DNA of 64,000 bases from Eledone cirrhosa (taxonomy: Eukaryota), in NCBI GenBank assembly GCA_964016885.1, contig OZ024746.1, forward strand, positions 1,178,001-1,242,000, in the 5' to 3' direction. Both the position numbers and the translations under genes were made by a program. The notes under the pieces were generated by a model, which saw only the letters and a list, made by a program, of their open reading frames with translations, searched no databases and was not told the origin of the DNA. Numbering within the stretch: the first letter of the stretch is position 1; each line of letters starts with the position of its first letter. Shown in pieces: positions 48,960 through 63,106 of the stretch.

Positions 48960-50332
48960 TTTCTACTTTAGTTTATCAACCACGAATTAATGACAGGCAA
49001 AGTTGACCTCGGCGGGATTCGAACTAAGAGTACAGTGAGCCTGAACAAATACCACAAGTCATTCTAATTCGTTGTCTGTCCACTGTGTCGTTATTTTGTA
49101 AAAGACAGTTCACTGTGATCTTATGAATAGTTGACCATGTCGACGCCTCTCGGTAGTAACATGTGAGAGAACATGGCGTTGTATAAACATATCTCTCTAC
49201 AAGCTGTAGAGAAGAATTTGAAGTTAGCGCTGGACATATCTTCGTTTTACGGTGTTAATGTTGCTTAAAGTTACGAGTACTTCTTAGTTTTACACATTCC
49301 TAGCTATGTGGACTGATCTACTGACAAACATGTTGGCTGCGGCTAACGAGGTACTCTGTAACAAACAGCATATAGTAAAAAGTTAATTTAATACTAAGTA
49401 AAAATTAACGGGGCTTTAACTGTCAATGGGTTCGTATGGACACCTTACTTGCACATGGTATGTTGTGGGTATTTTAAAGCTCTTCAGGTCGGAATACAGC
49501 AGATTTCTTCCCAGAGAAGGAAATTGTGACAGAAAGAGAAAGTGAGAAAGAGACAAAGGAAGAATCGACCCAGTACTTGACTGGTACTTTGATTATTGAC
49601 TTTTAAAGGATGGAAAGCAAAGATAACTTCAACACGATTCGAACTCAGAACACCAGAACAAATACCACAAATCATCTTACCTGACGTTCTAAAGACTCTA
49701 CCAATTCTTCGCCATGATGACACAAATTTGATAACCTTTATTTACAATTAGTTTATTGATACGCTGCGAAATTTTCAGTTAATATTCTAACTAAAATGAA
49801 GTTTTACAAATATTATTCTTTGAAGCTTATTAATCGATCCTCCAATATATTCAATATATTTAGTTACCGTATTATTACATAAAGAGTAAAGATCCCCTTC
49901 GCTCACGAGTTACCATCGAATTTGCACCTAGAAAGTTGCCCTCTGAAGCATAAGTCCGGGCAAGATCAGCAGTCACCCATACACACCAGTCTCCCTTCTC
50001 CGCGCCACCGATCTTGTCCAAGTTACATCACGGATCTAACTGTCGAAACGGCCGGAGCTCAGCCGTCGGGGTCCTGACTTCTCTCTCTCATATATATATG
50101 CACACACACACATATATATATATACACACACATATATATATATACACATATATATATATACACTCATATATATATATATACACACATATATATATATATA
50201 TACACACACATATATATATACACACACATATATACACATATATACACACACTCATATACACATATATAAACAAACATATATACACATATATATATACACA
50301 TATCTGTTGCACACACATATATACACATATAT

Positions 50333-50371
<39 letters not shown>

Positions 50372-50520
50372 TATACACACATATATACACACACACATAT
50401 ATATATACACACACACACATATATATACACACATACATATATACACATATATATACACACACATAAACACACACACATATATACACACACATATATACAT
50501 ATATATACACACATTTATAT

Positions 50521-50559
<39 letters not shown>

Positions 50560-51585
50560 TATATACACACATATATATATATATATACACATATATATAC
50601 ACATATATAAACATTATATACATATATATACACATATATACATATATATATATATACACATATATATATATATACACATATATTCACACACATACACACA
50701 TATATATATACACACACACATATATATACACACACACATATATATATACACACACACATATATACACACATTATATATACCCTACACTATATTACTATAT
50801 GAGCCTTTTACAATAACAATCAGGTATACAATTGTTGGTGAGACTTCTAATCCCGTCGCTTCTAAAGGGTGGGGACGCCGTGTTGACAGTCTTTCTAGGA
50901 CATGTTTAAACCTGGCAGAGCCTGTCTCTTCTCCAGGTCTGAATACAGCAGATTTCTTTCCGAGAAAGATAGAAAGAGTGAGAGAGAGGATGTGAGAAAA
51001 AGATATAGAAGAAGAATCAACACCAGTAGTAGACTGGTACATTTTTTATTAACCCCGAACGGATGCAAGAAAGTTACCTCGGCGAGATTTGAACTGAGAA
51101 CCACAAAACATTCCGACCTTCTTACGACTCTGTTGTTGGTGATACTTGTGTTTAAAACTTTACGAGGAAGATTGGTCAGAAGAGGAATTCTGACTTTAAG
51201 CGAATGTCTCAAACCCGAACTTTGTGTCAGATAAATGCCAGAAAATGAATAAATGCCAGAAAATGAATAAATTGAAGAACCTTGGCTGCGAATATTTAAT
51301 AAGTTGAAACATGTAGGTGCACTTGGTTTTAAGTGTAATTAACGATTTCTGATTTAGGCACAAAGCCAACAAGTCTGTGAAGAGGGGAAAGTCAATTCAG
51401 CACCACTGCATTACTGGTACTTTATATTATCGACCGCAGTATTAGACTGGGTTTTTTTTATCGACCTGAATGGATGAATAGCAAAGTTGGCCTCGGCGGG
51501 AATTGAACTCAGCAGAGAGCCATACTGAATACCACAAAGCATTCTATCCGACATTCTTCTAACGACTCTGTCAATTCGGCGCCTT
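48960..51585 (-). mobile_element. Cluster of older Nin/Deu-core SINEs (about 48960-49080, 49480-49715, 50850-51135, 51340-51585)
   Basis: Each has AAAGTT.ACCTCGGCG.GATT.GAACT (B-box reverse complement) and ACTGGTAC core remnants. Confidence 0.75.
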
Positions 51586-51614
51586 CCCCGTATAATGACC
51601 TTTCTTAAAACAGT

Positions 51615-51828
51615 ATTTCCATAAAATTCTAGATGGTGCAAGATATTTCCATACAATTCTAGATGGTGCAAGATATTTCCATACAATTCTAGATGGTGCA
51701 AGATATTTCCATACAATTCTAGATGGTGCAAGATATTTCCATACAATTCTAGATGGTGCAAGATATTTCCATACAATTCTAGATGGTGCAAGATATTTCC
51801 ATACAATTCTAGATGGTGCAAGATATTT
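51615..51828. repeat. 30-bp minisatellite, 7 copies
   Basis: Unit ATTTCCATACAATTCTAGATGGTGCAAGAT. Confidence 0.95.
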
Positions 51829-53605
51829 TGATAAAAATATTTCATTCTTTTTTTTTCTTCTTTTTAATGCTATTTACTTTTTGCGATGGCTGTAGACAGG
51901 TGAATCTTTGTATCTAGGACTAAACCCTACATATCTTCAGGTAGACATGTCTGTGAAAACACTGTGGAATGTCGGATCAAACTGATCCTTTATATGTGTT
52001 TATATTTACACCAGACTAAATTATATACCATGTTTAAGTCGACAAGTGATGTTGAATAGATTCAGCTTCAGATCGATAAAGAGAGGTAAGGTGGGGGAGA
52101 AGGTTACCTTATAGCGACGGATTGTCTAGCTTGAACTGGTGTTGAGGATAATGATGTTCTTCAGGCGTAATCGACACAGATAAAAGAACACGTATATAGG
52201 GTGAAGTTTCTTATAAATGTGGTCACAATGAGATAGGCAACGTAAGAAAAATGTCAACTGGAAAGAATAGATGAGAATAGAGGCAGAGAAGAAGCAACAA
52301 TCGGCTGCTATGGCTTGAAATAAGATATTTAGCCGAAAGAGCAAAAGAAAAAAAAAAGGAATGTGACCGAGGAATCGTTTATTTTCTATATTAGAGAGGT
52401 TCGTGTTAAGCCTCTCTAAAAGAAAATACTTTGTCTTGTGCGGGCTTCAGAACATAATAATTATTTTTAACAAAGATATTTCATTTCATTCTTTCTTGTA
52501 AGATCGCAGACAACATGATGTCAGGAATCCAACTATTTCTGTGCTGGGTTATCCGTCAATATCCACGATGAATATTCAGTTATTCGACCGTCTGAATTCT
52601 TATTCGGGAAATTACCACGTAAGTACTTAGTATTCCACAAACACGTGTATCCTTAAGGTAATTCTCAAGGCCGAATCACCGCGAAACTTTGCAACAGAGG
52701 TGGACCTTTAAATCCCAGGTTACAATCCAATATATAAAAATAAAAATAAATACAGACGACCCACCCCCAGTAATTTCGTAATTTGTTTATCAACTCCAAA
52801 ACTAAAAAAGCTGTGAGATCTGATCTGCAAACAACCATGTTGCTTTGAGAACTCTGTTCTGCCTTGGCCTTTCTTTAACAGACAGGTCAACATTCACTAC
52901 ACTCTCATTAACTTTACAAACATATTTAATTCGTTACATATTATATATACTAGCAGAAAAACCACCCTTCAGTTGGCGTTCTGCTGGCCTGTGTAGTGTG
53001 TATATTGATATTATACGCAAATATATATGCATATAGATATGATGCATCAAATAAAATGGTAACTGAGAATATGAACAGAAATTGAAGAGAGACTGCGTTA
53101 CACTGTCTTCTGTAATCAGTAAAGTAATCCATGCTACATTAAAAAAGACGATATTATATATAAACTGCATTACGGCAAAATTTTATAAAAACGAAAAGGA
53201 AAATTAGCGACGGAATTATAAACCTTATATAACGATGCAAGTATGAACGTTTATATAAGCGATGTAATATACCGCCCATTATATCATAACCGGAAGTGTT
53301 GACATTTGAACATTTTAAAAGAAGTGAATCTTGAAATAAGCAATGAAATTAATTATATTTAATCAAGAGTTACGAAATTTAGCACATAAATTATGTAATA
53401 TTCATTCATTATTTATTCAAAATAATCCGACTTATTTTACTAACGGGATAAAAAAAATATATTCAGGACACCAGTCCCGCACTCCCCCTTTTATTATATT
53501 ATGATAAGTATAAAGAATGTTCTCAAGCGCAGAAGTGCTACAAAGATAGATTATATAAAATAGTGTGAATATTCTTAAAAGACAGGAAAAGAAGTTTCCA
53601 ACGAC

Positions 53606-53665
<60 letters not shown>

Positions 53666-53913
53666 CAGACTAACATTGAGATACCGTTTTAGTAGTTTCA
53701 CACCTGTTGAAAAAAGAATGTTTGAACATATCTTATTTGTCCTTCAATAAAGTGTAAAGTTGGGGGAATGAGCTGGTTGGAAGATGGGGAAAAATAGGGC
53801 TTTATCAGGATTGGTGAGGTGGGTAGGTGAATATATATATATATATATATATTCGCTTGCCCACCTCACTGTTAAGGGTGAAAGCAGCGATTCTTTGCTT
53901 AAACTTAAATCTG

Positions 53914-53955
<42 letters not shown>

Positions 53956-53962
<7 letters not shown>

Positions 53963-54343
53963 AAAAAAAGGAAAAGAATGACTTCACTTGTAGTGTTAAA
54001 AAATGTTTTAAGAACTTTCTCGCATTCGTCTGTCTGTGGCGATTGTCAGGTTGTGTTGAAATGTGTGACTATATATAAGAGAGATTTGGACATATCCAAA
54101 TCTCTCATATATAGTCACACATTTCAACACAACCTGATCTCAGTTTGACAATCGCCACAGACAGACGAATGTGAGAAAGTTCTCCAACCCAAGTTAACCA
54201 GGAATATTTAAAATTCTTCCCACCGAAATTAACAAAGAACTTACTGGATCTGCCAACTCATATAATATTATAATATTATAAAATTAAATCAAAACTTTTT
54301 AACACTACAAGTGAAGTCATTCTTTTGCTTTTTTTCAAATATA
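53956..54343. mobile_element. Fold-back element H
   Basis: Inverted arms centred near 54092 (GAGATTTGGA cata TCCAAATCTC), with extra segments in the right arm. Confidence 0.8.
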
Positions 54344-54699
54344 CCTAACTGTACCAAGGATCTCACACATTTTCCAATATATATATATATTCTGAGATAA
54401 ATTGAAATACTAAGCTGTTTTGGTGCGAATTAGATGTATCTAGTAATCATATAAAAATATTTTACTCTTTGAAATTTATATAAAATTAAAATTTTACTCA
54501 CAAAAGGGCTTTCCATCGATATATTTCGATATATTTCGGTAAAACATCCAGTATCAAGGAATGTAAGAATTATAGCAATGAATTTATTCCTATTTTTAAC
54601 CCTTCTACTCTGGTAGACAACATTTTCAAGGCCGTACGAAGCAAAACAATATTAAACGTTGCTGTTGAACATGGAACCTGTCCACTCGACAGATGGTAT

Positions 54700-54770
54700 T
54701 GACGTCACGACTTGTGACTCTGACGTCACGACTTGTGACTCTGGCGTCACGGCTTGTGACTCTGACGTCA
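54700..54770. promoter_or_regulatory. 21-bp tandem repeat carrying four CRE-type sites
   Basis: TGACGTCA at 54700, 54721 and 54763, TGGCGTCA at 54742. Function not shown. Confidence 0.45.
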
Positions 54771-54894
54771 TTGCTTTATAGTCCTCATGTTAGAGCTGAG
54801 ACCGGATCGTCTATCTTGGTGTTGCTATAGTAGTGTTTCTCTTGAATCAGACAAAGTGCTTGGTTAATTTTTGAAAGAAACTTCTATTTTCTTC

Positions 54895-55265
54895 TACCGT
54901 ACTTCTTCTCTGACTCATTCCTAAGAGGGGGGGAGCAGAGTCCTGAAACACTCCTTCCAGCAGGTCCTGTCAGAAGCAACCGTTTCCAACTGAACCGGCT
55001 GGATCCCCAAGTAAGACCAACCAAGCCCATGGATGTTATCCAACCGTCTTGCTCGGGGTCTACCCCTGGGTTTCCTGCCAGTTGGTTTTACCTGCAAAAG
55101 CTTTCTAGTGATTCTTTCCTGAGACATTCTAACCACATACCCTCTATAGTATCAGAGCTGTGATCTCTCAATTAGGAGAAGTAGTGGCTCTACCGGGAGT
55201 AACTCTCTCATATCTGAGCTACACTCTCTATTGAGTAACGTTACTCCAAAGACTTTTCGAATTTA
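54895..55265 (-). mobile_element. RTE LINE 3' end (ORF C-terminus)
   Basis: ..VVRMSQERITRKLLQVKPTGRKPRGRPRARRLDNI..VASDRTCW matches the RTE GHV.RM..R.RGRP..W signature. AGAAGT-type tail. Confidence 0.85.
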
Positions 55266-55451
55266 ATGTCTATTTCCATCTAGTATTGTACTTCTAACAA
55301 ATCGCTCTCCTTCTCTATTGCTATCAACCCCTCTTAGTTTATATAGAGTAGGGAAGTTCAGGAATTTTCCAGGCGTTATAGCTAGGCCAGTAATAGGAAA
55401 CAGGTTCAAATATTGCAAACCTACTGTTAGTCTTTGATACTTTGTTTTTGC

Positions 55452-55570
55452 CACAACGTAATGTGAAGCAGACTCAGAGTGAATAATGTTTCACAACGTA
55501 ATGTGAAGCAGGTTCAGAGTGAATAATGTTTCACAACGTAATGTGAAGCAGGTTCAGAGTGAATAATGTT
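55452..55570. repeat. 40-bp tandem repeat, 3 copies
   Basis: CACAACGTAATGTGAAGCAGGTTCAGAGTGAATAATGTTT. Confidence 0.93.
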
Positions 55571-56599
55571 CTCATTTGTTGGTTTTATTTGTTTCATTGG
55601 TGTGTATATGTTTTTATACAGAAGTATTTGACTGGACACGAGTTATTAGCAGTAAGTTATTGATATGTAACTACCATATTAACATCTCTTGTGGTAATGA
55701 GATAACTTTATTATGCTACGGCAATAGAATTTAAAAAACAAAAGAAAACAACAACAAAAGCAAAGAAATAAGAAGGGAGCAAACTCTATACTGTTGGCTG
55801 GACAGTATATCTCAGCTGTTCTGTCTTCACTATCTTCCAGACATAATGGCACCTTTTACTGAAACACTCTTTCATCGAATGAATCGAAAAAAAGAAAAAA
55901 CGGTAGTATTATGATAAGAACCTCTTATCTATATAAAAAACAGTTGTGTCCCTTGCGTCCTCTTCTGTACAGTATCAATTATAAATGCTGACGATCTGAG
56001 TCTCTTTAAAATTGTTTAAAGGATTATATCTGAAGTTTATCACTGGAAAGAGGATAGGAAAATTTAGCAGTTTAAGCGCAATTGAATGGAATTGAGGTTT
56101 ATATTGCTAAAGCCGGAGATTGTTCAATATTGACTGTATTCAGTGAGACAGAAGTTCAAAATTGGAAACATCCGACAACTGGACACAAAGCAAATTACAA
56201 TGTTTGTGTGTGTGTGTATGCAGGTTTAGCTGGCCTCCTCCAACGTATATCTCGTTGGAGGTGTCTTGGGTGATTTAATGATAGGGACCCCAGTCCTATC
56301 ATCAAATTACAATGTGACATGTCTTACGACAATATTACTCAATATAGAGAGCAACTATTCAGAAACTTTGCGCCCTTCTGGTTCATCTAGGTAAACTTTC
56401 TCTAAAGTCTTGAGCCAGGAAGCTCGTTAGGCTGATGCTTATTCCGGTTTGGTGGCGTGAAGCGACTGAGAGTACAAGACTTCTCCACAGACAGGACGCT
56501 AGTCCAAAATTAAACCCCCAGCTATCACTAGGCCATGCACCTCTACAAGTTAACCTTGCGATAAACTCTCCTGCTGGGCGAGGGGTCACGTATGTTTGG

Positions 56600-56810
56600 T
56601 CGTTTAACGTCAATAGAAAGTGAGAGAAAGGAAGTGAGAAAGAAATATAGAGGAGGAATCGACCCCAGTACATGACCGGTACGTATTTATCGATCTTAAA
56701 TTGATGAAACGCAAAGTTGAACTCGGCGGGATTTGAACTCAAAAACACAGAGAGTCAGAACAAATACCACAAGGTATTCTATCCAACGTTCTAATGACAA
56801 TTTGCCGCCT
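56600..56810 (-). mobile_element. Nin/Deu-core SINE
   Basis: B-box and core remnants as in the other copies. Confidence 0.75.
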
Positions 56811-57284
56811 CTTCACGACATCCCTTTATAATTTCACCAGTAGTTACGGGTCGATAAAAAATAACCAATAGTTTCAACAAGCATAAAATAGTATTTGCAA
56901 TTAAATTGTAGTAAAATAACCCTTCTGTCATTGGTTTAAAATATTTTAAATAACTTTTCATTACTAATAATGTTTCGATGTGATGTATATATATTTATGA
57001 TGTATATATTTAAATATACATGCATAAGAAGTCATGGCGCACAAGAATTACGGTTTAGTCTGGAGTGTCGACATAAATATATAATCGGTGTTTTGTTCTT
57101 CCGTCTGTTCTGGAGACAAATTGCTGGTAACTATATTGGAAATTCAAGTCTGATGTGTAAGCTGTTTCTGACAAGTTCTTAGCAGAAGAGTGTCTCTTTT
57201 GGAATTTATTCGCATTTGGGCCCCAAAAGTTCACTCTTGTAGTTTTATAAATCAAAACTTATGAACATATAAGCGTGTACGTTT

Positions 57285-57810
57285 GTATATGAAGGGTATA
57301 TATACTTATATGTGTGTGTGTGTGTGTATGAACGGTATATATACTTATGTGTGTGTGTGTATGAACAGTATATATACTTACGTGTGTGTGTGTATGAACG
57401 GTATATATACTTATGTGTGTGTGTGTATGAACGGTATATATACTTACGTGTGTGTGTGTATGAACAGTATATATACTTACGTGTGTGTGTGTATGAACAG
57501 TATATATACTTATGTGTGTGTATGAACAGTATATATACTTATGTGTGTGTGTGTATGAACAGTATATATACTTACGTGTGTGTGTATGAACAGTATATAT
57601 ACTTATGTGTGTGTGTGTATGAACAGTATATATACTTACGTGTGTGTGTATGAACAGTATATATACTTATGTGTGTGTGTGTATGAACAGTATATATACT
57701 TACGTGTGTGTGTATGAACAGTATATATACTTATGTGTGTGTGTGTATGAACGGTATATATACTTATGTGTGTGTGTGTATGAACAGTATATATACTTAT
57801 GTGTGTATGT
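57285..57810. repeat. About 31-33-bp minisatellite
   Basis: GTATGAAC(A/G)GTATATATACTTA(T/C)(GT)n. Confidence 0.93.
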
Positions 57811-57849
57811 TGTGTATGTGTGTATGTGTATGAATGAGTATGTTTATAA

Positions 57850-57995
57850 TAATGATTTCTAGTATAGGCACAAGGCCAGTAATTTTGGGGAGGGGAAAGT
57901 CGATTAAATCGACCCCTGTGTATTACTGGTACTTTATTTTATCGACCCCCGTAAGGATGAAAGACAAAGTTAACCTCGGCGGGATTTGAACTCAA
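57850..57995 (-). mobile_element. Nin/Deu-core SINE, 5'-truncated
   Basis: Core and GGCCTTGTGCC tail. Confidence 0.85.
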
Positions 57996-58544
57996 TTATG
58001 TTTGTAATAATGACTGGGTCTGTATGGATGTTTACATATTGTGAAGAACTATAATTGTTCGTTTGATAAAATATATTTAATTATAAATGTCTCAGTCTAA
58101 GTGAAAAGTCTGTCTCTCGAGCTTCACAGCTCATCAGGCTGGAGCCTATCGCGTAGAGTGAAGCGACTGAGAATACACAACTCAGGAATCGAACCCATGA
58201 CATTATGATCGTAAGTCCAACATCCTTACCACTAGGCCATGTGCCTCCACAAGTGTACTGTATGAGAAAATATTAAATATTAAAATGTTGACGTCTTAAA
58301 GTTAACTAAACATTGAAACTAAATCCTGTAGCCCTAATTGTCTACATTTAGCAAGCCAGATGTTTATAAATGTTAGGTACCGATGGTCGGTATGTCTGAG
58401 CTGGGCAGTGGGGTGACCTCCTGCTGGCCAACAAAATAGCTCAAATAGGTTGTGATACTTCACGCTATACAAAAGAAATAAAAATAGTAGTTACATATCA
58501 TCCATTAAACAATAAATAGCTTATGAAGCCACTGTGTTTGTATG

Positions 58545-58825
58545 GAGCCGTAACTCCTGAGTCGTAGGGTTTCTTGGGCATTTATACACCTGGAAGAGTC
58601 CATCTCCTCTCCAGGTCTGGATATAGCAGATTTCTTCCAAAGAAAGATAGAGAGTGAGAGAATGGAAGTGAGAGATATAGAGGAGGAACGACCCCAGTAT
58701 TAGACTGGTATTTTTTTTATCGACCATGAATGGATGAAAGGTAAAATTGACCTCGGCAGGGTTTGAACTGAGAAATCAGAGAGCCGTAACAAATACCACA
58801 AGGTATTCTATCTAACGTTCTAACC
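58545..58825 (-). mobile_element. Nin/Deu-core SINE whose 5' head runs into the adjacent satellite
   Basis: Homologous to 50850-51135 and 56600-56810. Confidence 0.8.
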
Positions 58826-60778
58826 ACACTACCATTCTATCTGACGTTCTAACCACTCTACCATTCTATCTGACGTTCTAACCACTCTACCATACGTTCT
58901 AACCACTCTACCACTCTACCATTCTATCTGACGTTCTAACCACTCTACCATTCTATCAGACGTTCTAACCACTCTACCATTCTATCTGACGTTCTAACCA
59001 CTCTACCATTCTATCAGACGTTCTAACCACTCTACCATTCTATCTGACGTTCTAACCACTCTACCATTCTATCTGACGTTCTAACCAAACTACCATTCTA
59101 TCAGACGTTCTAACCACACTACCATTCTATCTGACGTTCTAACCACTCTACCATTCTATCAGACGTTCTAACCACTCTACCATTCTATCTGACGTTCTAA
59201 CCACTCTACCATTCTATCTGACGTTCTAACCACTCTACCATACGTTCTAACCACTCTACCATTCTATCAGACGTTCTAACCACTCTACCATTCTATCTGA
59301 CGTTCTAACCACTCTACCATTCTATCTGACGTTCTAACCACTCTACCATTCTATCAGACGTTCTAACCACTCTACCATTCTATCAGACGTTCTAACCACA
59401 CTACCATTCTATCTGACGTTCTAACCACTCTACCATTCTATCAGACGTTCTAACCACTCTACCATTCTATCTGACGTTCTAACCACCCTACCATTCTATC
59501 TGACGTTCTAACCACTCTACCATTCTATCTGACGTTCTAACCACTCTACCATACGTTCTAACCACTCTACCATTCTATCAGACGTTCTAACCACTCTACC
59601 ATTCTATCTGACGTTCTAACCACTCTACCATTCTATCTGACGGTCTAACCACTCTACCATTCTATCAGACGTTCTAACCACTCTACCATTCTATCTGACG
59701 TTCTAACCACTCTACCATTCTATCAGACGTTCTAACCACACTACCATTCTATCTGACGTTCTAACCACTCTACCATTCTATCTGACGTTCTAACCACTCT
59801 ACCATTCTATCTGACGTTCTAACCACTCTACCATTCTATCAGACGTTCTAACCACTCTACCATTCTATCTGACGTTCTAACCACTCTACCATTCTATCAG
59901 ACGTTCTAACCACTCTACCATTCTATCAGACGTTCTAACCACTCTACCATTCTATCAGACGTTCTAACCACTCTACCATTCTATCTGACGTTCTAACCAC
60001 TCTACCATTCTATCTGACGTTCTAACCACTCTACCATTCTATCTAACGTTCTAACCATTCTATCTGACGTTCTAACCACTCTACCACTCTATCTGACGTT
60101 CTAACCACTCTACCACTCTATCAGACGTTCTAACAATTCTCCCATTCTATCAGACGTTCTAACAATTCTCCCATTCTATGTGACGTTCTAACCACCCTAC
60201 CATTCCATCTGACGTTGTAACCACTCTACCATTCTATCTGACGTTGTAACCACTCTACCATTCTATCTGACGTTCTAACAATTCTCCCATTCTATCAGAC
60301 GTTCTAACCACTCTACCACTCTATCTGACGTTCTAGAAATTCTCTCATTCTAACGGACGTTCTAACCACTCTACCATTCTATCTGACGTTCTAACCACTC
60401 TACTATTCTATTTGACGTTCTAACCACTCTACCATTCCATCTGACGTTGTAACCACTCTACCATTCCAGCTGACGTCGTAACCACTCTACCATTCTATCT
60501 GACGTTCTAACAACTCTCCCATTCTATCTGACGTTCTAACCACTCTACCATTCTATCCACTCTACCACTCTATCTGACGTTCTAATCACTCTACCATTCT
60601 ATCAGACGTTCTAATCACTCTACCATTCTATCAGACGTTCTATCAATTCTCCCATTCTAAGTGACGTTCTAATCACTCTACCATTCTATCTGACGTTCTA
60701 ACCACTCTACCATTCTAAGTGACGTTCTAACCACTCTACCATTCTATCTGACGTTCTAACCACTCTACCATTCTATCT
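58805..60778. repeat. 29-bp satellite (roughly 65-70 units) derived from the SINE tRNA head
   Basis: Unit CCATTCTATCTGACGTTCTAACCACTCTA. Confidence 0.95.
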
Positions 60779-61584
60779 GTGTGAGTGTGTTATCATTTTG
60801 TCCTTAATTGTAAGTTGTGATGTTGCTATTCCATTCATGTTTTCTATTTAATTTTGGTTGGAGTTCATTTATGTTTATTGCTTCTGTGATTTGTCTAAAC
60901 ATTGCGTCTTTTCTGTGTGTAGATTCTATTTTTTTCTATGTTCTCTAATTTGCCCTTATGTTCTATTTTAGCATGTTGGTGGAGTATTGATGATTCCTTT
61001 TTATCTTGAAGTTCTCGCCAGTGTTCATTTAACCGTTCTCCTATACTACGAGCTATTTGTTTGTTTCAATTCCATATTTAAATTTTTTTTTTTTTTATTA
61101 TTATTTATTTTGTTAAATTTTATATCAGGTTCGAATTTCAATCTGAATTTCCAAACAAATAAAACTGTAACAATAAGAAATAAAATGTAAAAAAGTAATA
61201 TATATAACATGAATTATTATTGTTAAGGTTTTTATTAGAGATGACTTTTTTTGTAAGAAGAATTCTTGCAAGATATTTGATATTTAAATGTATTCACCAA
61301 GAACCTAAACCAATTTTATATATATAGAATTTATTGGTGTTAACAAATTCTTAGTCGATTATAGAAATGTTATTTCAGTTTTAGTTTCATAAAATTCCTT
61401 TTTCCATATCCTTTTCGGCATTTTGCTAATTTCTTTCATTCCTCGAAGGCTTTTTGAGGTTTGTGGAAAAAATATAAACAGTATATATTATCGATTACCG
61501 AAACCTTTTCTTTATTTGTATATAAACCTTGAAATAAATAACTAAATATAGTTTTCAGTTACTAAACGTAGGAGATATACTCAA

Positions 61585-61807
61585 TTGAAGGCGTGTGGCT
61601 GAGTGGTTAGAGAATTGGATTCGCAATTGTGAGGTTGTGAGTTCAATTCCTGGACCGGGCGATGCGTTATGTCCTTGAGCAAGACACTTTATTTCACGTT
61701 GCTCCTTCTACCTGGAGTTGCGACCGATAGATAGTATTAGCAATTGGAAAGACCAACGGAAACATTGTTTCCTTGGTCCGATTTGATGAAAGTCGATCGT
61801 TCCTTTT
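61585..61807 (+). mobile_element. tRNA-derived CORE-like SINE, full length, 10-bp TSD
   Basis: A-box TGGCTGAGTGG and B-box GAGTTCAATTC. ATATACTCAA at 61575-61584 and 61808-61817. Confidence 0.92.
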
Positions 61808-62189
61808 ATATACTCAAGAGGTCTTGAGACTTTTAGAGATACCTTTATTTAACTGAGATCAAAGTAGGATCCTCAAGAGGTTTTGAGACTTTTATCAGGG
61901 AGACATTTATTTAACGCAGATCAACACAAAGCTCTAGTCTCCCATAAAATAGGATCCTACAACTGTTGTAGCACTCCAGCTACCTCTGGAAGGCCCCTTA
62001 TAGTCTTCCAAAGTGAAGATGTCCAGGGGGCTTGTCACAGCCTCCTTCATCTCCTCAACATAAAGCGGATACTCCTGAATTTCTCCTTCAGTTTCGTGAA
62101 CATCCAGAAGTCTCCTGGACTGCAGGAGGGATGAGGGGCAGTCATGATTGGCCAAGTAGAAACAATTATTATTATATTTCATATTTTAG

Positions 62190-62380
62190 TTGGTTTCTGA
62201 TTTAGGCACAAGGCCAACAATGTTGGGGAGGGGAAAGTCGATTAAATCAACCCCAGTGTATTACTGGTACTTTATTTTATTGATCCCGTAAGGATGAAAG
62301 GCAAATCTAGTCACGGCGGGATTTGAACTCAGAAGTAAAGAACCGTAACTTTACGTTCTGAGTTCAAATCCCACCGAGGT
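62190..62380 (-). mobile_element. Nin/Deu-core SINE with 5' inversion
   Basis: Core and tail at 62190-62310. B-box region inverted at 62314-62376. Confidence 0.8.
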
Positions 62381-62954
62381 AATAATAATAATGTTATGGG
62401 TTTAAAAACTCCTTTTAATCTTTCTAAATTCTTATCTAATGGATCCTTTCCCTTTATTTACTTATTTAGTTTGTGTTAGTATTTATAGACAAAAAGGGAC
62501 CAACCAGAACCTCAGTCATGTATTCATCAGTGCCATCTGGTGGCAACAGAGTTGCTAAACCTGACCTATTTTTTATAGATTTAATTCAAACCGTGGAGTT
62601 AAATTTCCATACATTTTAACGTGAGGCCTTCTCGTCTGCCGACAGTTTTTCAGGTTGTTCTTCTTTGAAAGCAACCTCAATATTCTAGATGACCTTTTCC
62701 CCACCCACCCCTATGTCTTTCTCCTGTCTTTTTACACCATCTCTTTTTTCTCTTCCTCCCTTTCTTTCTTCATTTCTCTCTTTCCTTCTTCCCTTATCTC
62801 TCTCTTTCTCTTCAGTTTTAATCTCTTATCATTTTATCTCATTCCCAGACTATTCGATGACACCAGACACTCAGACAACTTTAGCTGAAATCTTAATTAA
62901 TTTAAATAATTAATTGCATTTTTTTTTAAATGTTAAATTCTTTTAAAACCAGAT

Positions 62955-63049
62955 TTACATACATGTGTGTATATATATATATATGTATACATACATGTAT
63001 ATATGTATATACATGTATATACATATATATATATATACATACATACATA

Positions 63050-63106
<57 letters not shown>

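Noticed and set aside
51411-51845. 144-aa ORF with NILHHLELYG repeats
   Set aside because: A 30-bp minisatellite read into a SINE.
61585-61660. tRNA gene
   Set aside because: A/B boxes continue into a SINE body with a TSD, and there is no acceptor stem.
61934-62182. 82-aa acidic ORF
   Set aside because: No motif or splice support that I can identify; possibly a retroelement fragment.
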